Assembly: GCA_045656205.1 (NCBI GenBank)
Contig: JAZOQS010000064.1
Location: forward strand, 1 to 34,037
Length of the DNA stretch: 34,037 nucleotides
Source: Clostridia bacterium
GTDB lineage: Bacteria > Bacillota > Clostridia > RUG12999
Direction of reading: 5' to 3'
This document shows positions 16,542-24,902 of this stretch, in pieces. The first letter of the stretch is position 1. Every line of letters starts with the position of its first letter. The position numbers and the translations under genes were made by a program. The notes under the pieces were generated by a model. That model did not search any database, was not told the origin of the DNA, and saw only the letters and a list, made by a program, of their open reading frames with translations.

Positions 16542-17504
16542 TTATCCCACTTTGATTTTTCTTAAAACACCTGCCGCACGGGTAGCTTTAAGTGCAACGG
16601 CTGAAATCATTTCAACCTCACCTTTTTTAACCGCACCCGGTTCAGCCATATTGGGAAGATATGTATTTACAATGTTGTTACCTTCGGGAGACACAGCGTG
16701 AACACCGTCAAGACCGATTCTTACGGCATAAAGTGATGTTTCGCCCTCATCGGAAACAGAAATAATAGGAGATTCGCTGCCTGCTCCCTGACCCGGTTTG
16801 TCGCCGAGAGAAATGATTGGAATACCTGCATATTTTGTAACAGGAGCGCCAAAAGCATCTGCCTCATTTGTTGAGAAATAACCGCTTCTTCTTGCAATAC
16901 CGTTGATAACCGCCGCAAGTTTTCTGTTAACTAAAATTGCAGTAGGAGTACCATCAAGGGCGGACAGCATTTTGTCAAGCTCGTCCATGAAAAGATTGCC
17001 GTTAGCAGTGATGTTTGCAGAAGTTGAAAGGTCTATAGCCGCATCGGGAATATATTCTGTATTGCTGTCTTTAAGTGCAGTATCAATACCGTCAAAAGCA
17101 TTGCCGCTGTCAGCATCACCGTTGATGAATGTGTCGGTGAAAAGTGCTTTTGTAGCTTTGATTTTCTGTGAAAGCTCAAACTGGATAAGATCCATAATCT
17201 GCTGTTCATCGCTCTGAAGAATTCTGTCCACTTCAAAAGAACCGCCAAAGGGTTTGAGTGTAACGGAATACTGAGTTGTTTTAGCCTCCTGAGCAGTATA
17301 GTCAGAACCGATACTTCTGAACGCTGCTGTGGGCAGAGTTGTCACCCTGTTATAAACATAAGTGAGAGATTTACCTCCCTGTGCTTTTGCGTTGTTGTCA
17401 AACAACATAAGGTCAAAAAGCGGGTCATGTCTGAATTCATCAATCACCTGCGCCGCAAGTTTACTGTCTGATAATGTCTGTGCATCTGAAAGTGTTAATG
17501 CCAT
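16542..17504 (-). CDS. Major capsid protein (HK97-fold, SPP1 gp13 / A118-type)
   Basis: 320-aa ORF directly after the scaffold gene. The N-terminus is MALTLSDAQTLSDSKLAAQVIDEF. The C-terminal half, ...LYAVRIGLDGVHAVSP...GEVEMISAVALKATRAAGVL, is typical of this capsid family. GGAGG lies upstream. Confidence 0.8.
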   Translation of the reverse strand: MALTLSDAQTLSDSKLAAQVIDEFRHDPLFDLMLFDNNAKAQGGKSLTYVYNRVTTLPTAAFRSIGSDYTAQEAKTTQYSVTLKPFGGSFEVDRILQSDEQQIMDLIQFELSQKIKATKALFTDTFINGDADSGNAFDGIDTALKDSNTEYIPDAAIDLSTSANITANGNLFMDELDKMLSALDGTPTAILVNRKLAAVINGIARRSGYFSTNEADAFGAPVTKYAGIPIISLGDKPGQGAGSESPIISVSDEGETSLYAVRIGLDGVHAVSPEGNNIVNTYLPNMAEPGAVKKGEVEMISAVALKATRAAGVLRKIKVG

Positions 17505-17526
17505 AATAAATTACCTCCAAAAATTT

Positions 17527-18015
17527 TTAATTTTTTCCGAAAAGTTTCTGCCTGAGTTCATCTTCGGCAGAAACCTCTCTTTTTGCACTGCCCTGTCTCA
17601 TTCCGGTTGCCGCCGGAGACAGGGGTTTTTCAAAAAGATACTCATTTTCACTGCGAATAATTTCAAGCTGTTTTTCAACCGATGCCGCATCCTGATTTTC
17701 AAGGTTCAAAAGAGCTCTTACCGCAGTGAGATTTTTTGCTCCCGAGCTTTTAATTAACATATCAACGGCGTGTCTGTTTTCAGCATCCGCCATCTTCAGT
17801 TTAAGCTGCTCAATCTCCTCTTTATAAACTTTTGCAGATTCTTCACCGATTTTTTCCATCTGCGAGCCCAGAGCATCATACTTATCCCTGCTTACATATC
17901 CGCCGTCTGCAAGATTTGCAAGTTTGAGCGGTGTTTCGCTCTGTTTGTTGTAGCTTTCGATTTTTTGTTTAAACACCTCAAAATCTTCGCCGAGAGCGTC
18001 TTTTAAAAAATCCAT
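17527..18015 (-). CDS. Capsid scaffolding protein (phage GP20-like)
   Basis: 162 aa, highly charged and coiled-coil-like (EEIEQLKLKMADAENRHAVDMLIK). The GP20-style core is ...LANLADGGYVSRDKYDAL. It lies immediately upstream of the capsid gene. Confidence 0.7.
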   Translation of the reverse strand: MDFLKDALGEDFEVFKQKIESYNKQSETPLKLANLADGGYVSRDKYDALGSQMEKIGEESAKVYKEEIEQLKLKMADAENRHAVDMLIKSSGAKNLTAVRALLNLENQDAASVEKQLEIIRSENEYLFEKPLSPAATGMRQGSAKREVSAEDELRQKLFGKN

Positions 18016-18132
18016 TTTCCCTCCGATAAATGCAAGAAGTTTATATCCCGTTCTGCAAGGGAATATGACGGTTTATATGTCCCGCCGCGACAAAAATTCA
18101 GTTAACTGATGAGCTGATTATACAATGTAAAA

Positions 18133-18384
18133 TCAGCTACTACTATCATTATTTTTAAGTCCGCTTATAAGCTCTTCAAGCATACCGTTATCCCCGCTGT
18201 CAGCAGTATTTTTGGTAAACTTTTCAATCAGCACCCCCAGCGCGGACGCAATCTGGTTAATGGGTGCATTTTCAAGCTTCTCCCTGCTCGAAAGCTCGGA
18301 CAAATACATGTCCACAACATCGCACAGTTTTCCCTGCAGTTCTTCTATATGAAGCCGCAGATTTTTCTGTTTCTTTTTCCTCAT
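18133..18384 (-). CDS. 83-aa basic-N-terminus protein translationally coupled to the portal (hypothetical)
   Basis: The ATG at 18384 overlaps the portal TGA (ATGA). The sequence starts MRKKKQKNLRLHIEELQGKL... It occupies the slot where SPP1-like phages carry a gp7-type minor head protein but is far shorter. Confidence 0.45.
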   Translation of the reverse strand: MRKKKQKNLRLHIEELQGKLCDVVDMYLSELSSREKLENAPINQIASALGVLIEKFTKNTADSGDNGMLEELISGLKNNDSSS

Positions 18385-19718
18385 ATACCGCCCCGGCTTT
18401 TAATTTCGTTTACCTTGCTCAGCGCCTGATTTTCCGTCATACCATAAACTCTGACAAAATATTCCGCACTGTCTATGAGACCGTGTTCAAGTTCTCTTAT
18501 TGCTCTGTCCGACAGGGTCTGCGTATCTTCAATAATACTGTCATCAAAAAATACGCTTATTTCAGCATTTTCAAATCCACCCATTTCAAGCACTTTTGCC
18601 GCAAGCTCGCAGATAGCCTTTCTCAGTATAATTTCATGCTTTTTAACACTTCTGAAAAGCTCGTTTTTATCGCTCATAACCTCGGTAGCAGTTTTTAAAG
18701 CTCCATTTTCATAACTGTATCTGCCCGCACCAAGACCGCATTTTGCAGAAAGCAGGTCAAGATTTTTCTTAAGCGCTTTTTCATGAGGCTCGGCACGAAG
18801 TTCCATATTAATCTCTCTAAGTTCTCCCAGCGACTTGTCGCTCATAACATAAAACTCTGTGTCGTTATCATCAAAAATAGGCATTATACCATTGTCCGAC
18901 CTCTGAATATGTGCCATCCCCGCTGGAATGAGTATTCTCTTTTTACCGAGTCTGAACTCGTTCTGATAACTGTCATACACCAGGTCAATCCCCTGCAGAA
19001 CATCAAGTGCGTTTGCAAAAACCGATATGCCCATAGGGTTGTCCGGGTCAAAATTATTGACAACATTAGGAGTAATAATCTGGAACATAGGCTTGTCGCT
19101 GTCTGTAAAAAATTCTGCCGTAACTCCATCGGGCAGCTCCGTTTCCGTAAGTCCGCCGTTTTTCTTTTTTTCAAAGAGCTTGTTGACAATTTTGTACATG
19201 CCCTTTTCTTTCAGATGCATATTGAGGTATATATACCTTTTACCGCCAAGCACCTTTTCGCTCGCAAAAGCACATTCCGTTATCTCTCCGTTGTCCCACG
19301 AAAGAGGGTAAATCATATCCGCTCTGATATAATCTATCGCAACATCCCCCTCGTCATAATATTCCACAAATGCACCCGTTCCCATAGCGTAGGTTATCTC
19401 AACAAGACGGTTGCTTCGCACACGGAAATTGTTTTTGTCAAGGACAGACTGTAAAAACAAATCCGCCTCCTTGTCATAAGCACGGATGGTTGTCTTTTCG
19501 TTGAGTAGCAGGTCAGCCCAGTCCTCACACACCTTTTTGCTCATCCCCAGAGAATACCTGTTTCTCTTAACTGCACGTTTCCCGTTAAACTGACTGTACT
19601 GGTGAAAGCTGGGAACTTTCCCCGAATACCACTTGAGCCATAAGTTTATACAGTTGTAAAACTCACTGCTTATCAGTCCGTATCCCATTTCGGACAGTTT
19701 TTTTCGGATTGTATCCAT
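18381..19718 (-). CDS. Portal protein, SPP1 Gp6-like
   Basis: 445 aa from ATG 19718 (MDTIRKKL), with AAGGAG 7 nt upstream; the track starts at 19739. The conserved region ...YSGKVPSFHQY...KRNRYSLGMSKKVCEDWADLLLNEK... is characteristic of SPP1-type portals. Confidence 0.85.
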   Translation of the reverse strand: MDTIRKKLSEMGYGLISSEFYNCINLWLKWYSGKVPSFHQYSQFNGKRAVKRNRYSLGMSKKVCEDWADLLLNEKTTIRAYDKEADLFLQSVLDKNNFRVRSNRLVEITYAMGTGAFVEYYDEGDVAIDYIRADMIYPLSWDNGEITECAFASEKVLGGKRYIYLNMHLKEKGMYKIVNKLFEKKKNGGLTETELPDGVTAEFFTDSDKPMFQIITPNVVNNFDPDNPMGISVFANALDVLQGIDLVYDSYQNEFRLGKKRILIPAGMAHIQRSDNGIMPIFDDNDTEFYVMSDKSLGELREINMELRAEPHEKALKKNLDLLSAKCGLGAGRYSYENGALKTATEVMSDKNELFRSVKKHEIILRKAICELAAKVLEMGGFENAEISVFFDDSIIEDTQTLSDRAIRELEHGLIDSAEYFVRVYGMTENQALSKVNEIKSRGGI

Positions 19719-19854
19719 GTTTTTTCTCCTTTCCGGCATTTTTTGTAAATATTTACCGACCTATAATACCCCCTGCCTAACTCCTACTACTATCAACACT
19801 TTTGTTCATTCTTGCAAATTTGCCATATTTTTCATAAATATTTGTCACATTTTA

Positions 19855-19883
19855 TTGACAAAATGCGCATACTTGTATATAAT
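19855..19883 (+). promoter_or_regulatory. Consensus sigma-A promoter of the rnf operon
   Basis: TTGACA (19855-19860), an exact 17-nt spacer, then TATAAT (19878-19883). This is about 40 nt upstream of the rnfC ATG, which has an AAGGAG SD. Confidence 0.75.
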
Positions 19884-19923
19884 TATAATATTATATTTAT
19901 AAATACAAGGAGCAGGTGTTATT

Positions 19924-21231
19924 ATGAAAACAACCGCTTTCAGAGGTGGAATTCATCCGCCTTATCAGAAATCACTTACAAACAGCTGTGAAACAGTTTT
20001 TTTAGACCCCGGTCAGTATGTGTACATACCACTTATCCAGCATATAGGCGCACCACTTAGCCCCATCGTTTCGGTGGGCGATGAGGTTCTGTGCGGTCAG
20101 AAAATCGGTGATGTTGACGCTTTCGTGTCCTCTCCCGTTCATTCCAGTGTGTCGGGAACGGTTAAAGAAATCAAAAAATATCTCCATTCAAACGGCACCA
20201 TGGTGGATACAGTCGTTATTGAAAATGACTTTAAGTACAAAACCATCCCCCAGCAAAAGAAAAACTTCCGCAAAACCCCGTCGGATGAAATTCTCCACAT
20301 CATCCGCGAGGCAGGTATTGTGGGAATGGGTGGCGCAGGCTTCCCTGCACATATAAAGCTCAACCCGCAAAAACCCATAGACTGCGTTATTATAAACGGT
20401 GCAGAATGTGAGCCCTATCTTTCTTCCGACCACCGCGCTATGGTTGAACAGCCGGAGGATCTCATCCGCGGACTTGAAATTGTTATGAAAACCGTCCGCG
20501 CAAAACAAGGTGTAATTGCAATTGAAGATAATAAACCCGATGCAATAAAACGTATTGGTGAGCTTATCGGCAAAAAACCAATTGATGTTGCAGTTCTTAA
20601 AACAAAATATCCTCAGGGTTCGGAAAAACATATTATAAAATCCGTCCTCGGCAGAACAGTTCCCTCGGGAAAACTCCCCGCTGATGTGGGTGTTGTGGTA
20701 ACCAATGTGGACACAGCCATTTCAATCAAAAATGCTATGGAAACGGGCATGCCAATCATACGCCGCAGGGTTACCGTGTCAGGGCTTGGGATAAACAAAC
20801 CCACCGTCTTTTCAGTACGCATCGGTACACCGTTTGAAGAAGTAATCGCTGCAGCAGAGGGTCTGACCGACGATGTTTTAAAAATCGTTAGTGGCGGCCC
20901 TATGACAGGCACACAGATTTTTGACACTTCCGTTCCCGTTATTAAAACCACTTCGGGAATTCTCGCACTTTCCTCAAAAGAAACTGCTCTTTTTGAAGAA
21001 GGTCCCTGCCTGAGATGCGGCAAATGCGTGAGCGTATGTCCTATGGGACTTTTGCCACTTAACATATCAAGAGCAGGCAGAACAAATGATTCTGACAGTG
21101 CTGTTAAATTAAACGCCGCCGACTGTGTAGAATGCGGCTGTTGTTCATACATCTGTCCTGCGCGCAGGAATTTGCTTGAAAGTATACGTCTCGCAAAAGC
21201 ACAGGCACAGCTTCTTATGAGAAAAAAATAA
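19924..21231 (+). CDS. rnfC: Rnf electron transport complex subunit C
   Basis: 435 aa with GMGGAGFP (NADH/FMN site) and two 4Fe-4S motifs, CLRCGKCVSVCP and CVECGCCSYICP. Confidence 0.95.
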   Translation: MKTTAFRGGIHPPYQKSLTNSCETVFLDPGQYVYIPLIQHIGAPLSPIVSVGDEVLCGQKIGDVDAFVSSPVHSSVSGTVKEIKKYLHSNGTMVDTVVIENDFKYKTIPQQKKNFRKTPSDEILHIIREAGIVGMGGAGFPAHIKLNPQKPIDCVIINGAECEPYLSSDHRAMVEQPEDLIRGLEIVMKTVRAKQGVIAIEDNKPDAIKRIGELIGKKPIDVAVLKTKYPQGSEKHIIKSVLGRTVPSGKLPADVGVVVTNVDTAISIKNAMETGMPIIRRRVTVSGLGINKPTVFSVRIGTPFEEVIAAAEGLTDDVLKIVSGGPMTGTQIFDTSVPVIKTTSGILALSSKETALFEEGPCLRCGKCVSVCPMGLLPLNISRAGRTNDSDSAVKLNAADCVECGCCSYICPARRNLLESIRLAKAQAQLLMRKK

Positions 21232-21270
21232 GTCTGCACTTTTTATTTTGCAGACAGAAAGGCGGACTTT

Positions 21271-22254
21271 ATGAAATTTGAATCTACAATAACTTCATCA
21301 CCTCATATAAAACAAAGCGAAGGAACAGGTTCAGTAATGCTTGACGTTATAATAGCCCTTGTTCCCGCAGGCCTTGGTGCCCTGTTCTTTTTCGGCATTT
21401 CGGCACTGCTTGTAATTCTGACATCGGTTGTGAGCTGCATTCTCGCGGAATACATATGGTGCAGACTTATGAAAAAACCTACCTCAACCGGAGACCTTTC
21501 AGCAATAGTGACAGGCATTCTTCTTGCCTACTCACTCCCCCCTTCAACTCCCCTCTGGATTGTAGTGATAGGCGCATTCTTCTCAATTATAGTTGCCAAA
21601 CAGCTTTTCGGCGGACTGGGTCATAACTTTATGAACCCTGCTCTTTGCGGCAGAGCCTTTATGCTTGCCTCCTGGCCGGCAGTTATGACAAAATGGACAG
21701 CACCATCGCTCTTCGGTGCAGATGCCGTAACATCCGCAACTCCTCTTGCCGCACTCAATGCCGGCAACCTTTCAGAACTACCTCCTCTTTCGGCAATGAT
21801 TTTCGGCAACATCGGCGGATGTATTGGTGAAACTTCAGGCATCCTTATTCTTCTTGGCGGACTTTATCTTATCGTCCGCAAAGTAATTACCTGGCGCATC
21901 CCGGTATTTTATATTCTTACATCATTTGTACTCGGATTTGTGTTCTCGGGCGGCAGCCTTGCAGAAAATTTCACCGTTGGCGCAATGCACATTATGACGG
22001 GCGGACTTCTTTTAGGTGCAGTTTTTATGGCGACAGACTATACAACCTCCCCGGTTACACCGGTAGGCCACATTATTATGGGTGTTGGCTGCGGACTTTT
22101 AACCAGCCTTATCCGTATGGGCGGCGGCTATGCCGAAGGCGTTACATATGCAATTCTTGTTATGAACGCACTTACTCCTCTTATTGACAGGTATGTAAAA
22201 CCACGTACCTTTGGTCACTTCGGTAAAAAGAAGGAGGCTGAAATCAATGGTTAA
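21271..22254 (+). CDS. rnfD: Rnf complex subunit D
   Basis: 327-aa polytopic membrane protein with the FMN-attachment region FMATDYTTSP. Confidence 0.93.
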   Translation: MKFESTITSSPHIKQSEGTGSVMLDVIIALVPAGLGALFFFGISALLVILTSVVSCILAEYIWCRLMKKPTSTGDLSAIVTGILLAYSLPPSTPLWIVVIGAFFSIIVAKQLFGGLGHNFMNPALCGRAFMLASWPAVMTKWTAPSLFGADAVTSATPLAALNAGNLSELPPLSAMIFGNIGGCIGETSGILILLGGLYLIVRKVITWRIPVFYILTSFVLGFVFSGGSLAENFTVGAMHIMTGGLLLGAVFMATDYTTSPVTPVGHIIMGVGCGLLTSLIRMGGGYAEGVTYAILVMNALTPLIDRYVKPRTFGHFGKKKEAEING

Positions 22255-22786
22255 AAAAATAGTTAAACTGAGCGGCATACTTTGTGCCATAGCAGTTGTG
22301 ACATCGCTTCTTCTTGCTCTCACAAACGAGCTTACCGCAGGAACAATCGCCCTGCGTCAGCAGGAAGCAAAAAGTGCGGCAATGATCTCGGTTCTTCCCG
22401 CAAAAAGTTACAATATGCTGAAAGCTGCTGACGACTATGAAGTTTACGCCGCTTTCAACGATTATGAAAAAGCGGGCTACACCATTTCCCTTTCGGAATA
22501 CGGTTATGGCGGCGAAATCAAACTTATGATAGGTATTGATAAAAACTTCAGGGTAGCCGGTGTTTCCATCATAGAGATGTCTGAAACGGCAGGTCTGGGT
22601 GACAATGCAAAAAAACCTGAGTTCACCTCAATGTTTGCCGGCCTTGAAGAGAAAGAGATTGCACTTACAAACAGCGGTGGAAAAATCCACGCTATCTCAG
22701 GTGCAACAGTTACATCAACCGCAGTAACAAACGGCGTCCGCCGTGCAGTTGAAATTGCAAAGAAAACATCAACAGGGGGTAATTAA
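22247..22786 (+). CDS. rnfG: Rnf complex subunit G
   Basis: FMN_bind motif ISGATVTS and a single N-terminal TM helix. The start was trimmed to ATG 22247, with GGAGG upstream; it overlaps the rnfD stop. The track uses TTG 22211. Confidence 0.9.
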   Translation: MVKKIVKLSGILCAIAVVTSLLLALTNELTAGTIALRQQEAKSAAMISVLPAKSYNMLKAADDYEVYAAFNDYEKAGYTISLSEYGYGGEIKLMIGIDKNFRVAGVSIIEMSETAGLGDNAKKPEFTSMFAGLEEKEIALTNSGGKIHAISGATVTSTAVTNGVRRAVEIAKKTSTGGN

Positions 22787-22787
22787 A

Positions 22788-23402
22788 ATGGATAACAAAT
22801 ATTTAAAAACCGTTTTGAATGGCATTATAACCGAAAACCCTGTTCTTGTACTTTTGCTCGGTATGTGTCCCACCCTCGCGGTTACAACCTCGGTTAACAA
22901 TGCAGTCGGCATGGGACTTGCAGTTACATTTGTTCTTACATGCTCAAACGTTGTAATTTCCCTGCTCCGCAAAATAATTCCGGATGAAATCCGTATCGCT
23001 TCGTTTGTTGTAATCATTGCAGGTTTTGTGTCTGTTGTTCAAATGCTTCTTGCGGCATATCTTCCCGATCTTAACGAAAGTCTGGGGGTTTTCATTCCAC
23101 TTATAGTTGTTAACTGTATAATCCTTGCCAGAGCAGAAGCATTTGCTTCCAAAAACGGAGTGCTTCATTCAGCTCTTGACGGAATTGGTATGGGCGTGGG
23201 ATTTACTCTCGCACTTGTTGCAATATCCACCGTGCGCGAGCTTCTTGCCAAAGGAAGTTTTTACGGGATTTCGCTTTTCGGCGAAAATTTCCCCGGAGCA
23301 AGCGTTATGACTATGGCTCCCGGCGGATTTTTGACTCTGGGCATTATAATTGCCCTTTTGGGAGTTTTGAAAAATCGCAGAAAGGACGGTGATTCCAAAT
23401 GA
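22788..23402 (+). CDS. rnfE: Rnf complex subunit E
   Basis: NPVLVLLLGMCPTLAVTTS is typical of RnfE/NqrD. The start was trimmed to ATG 22788 (MDNKYL), with GGGGGT 8 nt upstream. Confidence 0.92.
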   Translation: MDNKYLKTVLNGIITENPVLVLLLGMCPTLAVTTSVNNAVGMGLAVTFVLTCSNVVISLLRKIIPDEIRIASFVVIIAGFVSVVQMLLAAYLPDLNESLGVFIPLIVVNCIILARAEAFASKNGVLHSALDGIGMGVGFTLALVAISTVRELLAKGSFYGISLFGENFPGASVMTMAPGGFLTLGIIIALLGVLKNRRKDGDSK

Positions 23403-23977
23403 TTTTACACTTTATCGCTATCGCATTTACCGCAATGCTTGCTGAAAACTTTGTCCTTGTAAAATTTATGGGAATCTGCCCGTTTCTCGGTGTATCAAAA
23501 AAAATAACAACCGCTTTCGGTATGGGTATGGCAGTACTGTTTGTAATAGTGCTTTCATCAATTTTCACCTGGTTTGTTCAACTTGCACTCAACGCACTTG
23601 GTCTTCAGTATCTGCAGACCATCGCGTTTATTCTTGTAATCGCCTCCCTCGTTCAGTTTGTTGAAACAGTAATGAAAAAATATCTTCCCGCACTTTATAA
23701 ATCCTTAGGAATTTATCTTCCTCTGATAACAACAAACTGCGCGGTTTTAGGTTCGGCAATTCTCATTCAGACCAATGGCTACAACCTTGCAGAAGCTATA
23801 GTATTTGCAATTTTCGCATCTCTCGGATTCACCCTTGCAATAGTAATTTTTGCAGGAATCAGAGAACGGCTTGAGGAAAGCGACATCCCCGAATTTATGA
23901 AAGGTCTTCCCATTTCACTGGTGTCCGCTTCCCTGCTTTCACTTGCATTTTTAGGTTTTCAGGGATTTAAATTTTAA
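23399..23977 (+). CDS. rnfA: Rnf complex subunit A
   Basis: ENFVLVKFMGICPFLGVSKK is typical of RnfA/NqrE. It has an ATGA overlap with rnfE. Confidence 0.93.
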   Translation: MILHFIAIAFTAMLAENFVLVKFMGICPFLGVSKKITTAFGMGMAVLFVIVLSSIFTWFVQLALNALGLQYLQTIAFILVIASLVQFVETVMKKYLPALYKSLGIYLPLITTNCAVLGSAILIQTNGYNLAEAIVFAIFASLGFTLAIVIFAGIRERLEESDIPEFMKGLPISLVSASLLSLAFLGFQGFKF

Positions 23978-23989
23978 GGAGGCATGGAT

Positions 23990-24781
23990 ATGAATATATA
24001 TAACATCATCTGGGCTGTAGCAGTGCTTGGTGCACTGGGCCTTGTTTTTGGAATAGCACTTAGTCTTGCCTCTGTTTTCTTCCACGTTAAAGAGGATGAA
24101 CGGGTTGAAAAAATCATAGAAATTCTGCCCGGAGCAAACTGTGGCGCCTGCGGATTTGCAGGTTGTGAATCTTTCGCAAAGGCTGTTGTCGAGGGAACTG
24201 CAAACCCCGGCGGATGTGCTCCCGGCGGAGAAAAGGCTGCAGAGAAAATATCTGAAGTCATCGGCAGAGAGGTAAGCTTTACAAAACAGGTTGCCCGCAT
24301 AAAATGTGCAGGTGACTGCGAAAAAGCTCCTGCCAGATTTGAGTTCAGCGGACTTAACGATTGCCGCTCCGCAGCAAGACTTGGTGGCGGCAACAAAGCT
24401 TGCAGCTACGGTTGTTTGGGACTTGGCACTTGTATTTCAGTATGTTCGCAGAATGCAATTTCCATTGTAAACGGAATAGCAGTTGTTGACGAAAATCTTT
24501 GCGGCGGATGCGGCGCTTGCGTTGCTGTCTGCCCCAAAAAATTAATTGAAATTGTTCCGGCAGAATCAAAATATTTTGTTGCGTGCGCCTCAAAAAACAC
24601 AGGTCTCGAAATGAAATCGCTCTGCTCGGCAGGTTGTATAGGATGCAAAATCTGTCAGAAAAACTGCCCCGAAGAAGCGATTGACGTTGAAAACAACCTT
24701 GCGGAAATTGTTCAGTTCAAATGCAAAAGTTGTGGCATCTGCGCAGAAAAATGCCCCAAGAAAATCATTAAAGAATATTAA
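23990..24781 (+). CDS. rnfB: Rnf complex subunit B (polyferredoxin)
   Basis: N-terminal TM helix, the CGACGFAGC motif, then several CxxCxxCxxxCP clusters. I prefer ATG 23990 (7 nt after GGAGG) over the track start 23984 (1 nt after the SD). Confidence 0.92.
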   Translation: MNIYNIIWAVAVLGALGLVFGIALSLASVFFHVKEDERVEKIIEILPGANCGACGFAGCESFAKAVVEGTANPGGCAPGGEKAAEKISEVIGREVSFTKQVARIKCAGDCEKAPARFEFSGLNDCRSAARLGGGNKACSYGCLGLGTCISVCSQNAISIVNGIAVVDENLCGGCGACVAVCPKKLIEIVPAESKYFVACASKNTGLEMKSLCSAGCIGCKICQKNCPEEAIDVENNLAEIVQFKCKSCGICAEKCPKKIIKEY

Positions 24782-24793
24782 TTTTACACACCC

Positions 24794-24826
24794 GCTCCCG
24801 GCTTTACGTCCGGGAGCTTTTTTTAT
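24794..24826 (+). terminator. Rho-independent terminator of the rnf operon
   Basis: GCTCCCGG-(8-nt loop)-CCGGGAGC followed by TTTTTTTATTT, starting 13 nt after the rnfB stop. Confidence 0.85.
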
Positions 24827-24836
24827 TTAAAAACCC

Positions 24837-24865
24837 TTGCAAAATCTGTCGGTTTGTTATATAAT
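24837..24865 (+). promoter_or_regulatory. Predicted sigma-A promoter for the XRE-cupin/MATE pair
   Basis: TTGCAA (24837-24842), a 17-nt spacer, then TATAAT (24860-24865). Confidence 0.65.
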
Positions 24866-24902
24866 ATAGGTTGGATTATTTTGATAGACAGAAGGTGCTG
24901 AC

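Larger units (their letters stand above)
8683..19718 (-). mobile_element. Prophage-derived siphovirus head-tail-lysis module, SPP1/A118-like, lacking terminase, integrase, regulatory and replication modules
   Basis: About 19 co-directional ORFs run in canonical late-gene order from portal to endolysin. The module is bounded by host rnfC on one side and the G1PDH-like gene on the other. No recombinase, tRNA or clear att repeat is present. Confidence 0.85.

Noticed and set aside
18098-18109. I considered the palindrome TCAGTTAACTGA after the 83-aa ORF as a terminator.
   Set aside because: The stem is loopless, 12 bp and AT-rich, with no U-tract, so it is unlikely to form a functional terminator hairpin. 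It is kept only as a descriptive detail of the gap.
18137-19795. The 12-nt direct repeat CTACTACTATCA occurs at 18137-18148 and 19784-19795, bracketing the portal and the 83-aa ORF. I considered it a possible recombination or att scar.
   Set aside because: The sequence is low-complexity (CTA-rich). Tens of chance 12-mer matches are expected among all position pairs in a 34-kb window. It also does not bracket the whole element.
8642-19798. The shared 8-mer TATCAACA occurs at both outer borders of the phage-like module (8642-8649 and 19791-19798). I considered it a candidate att core.
   Set aside because: It is too short to be meaningful, with no extended flanking similarity and no integrase or tRNA to support an att site.
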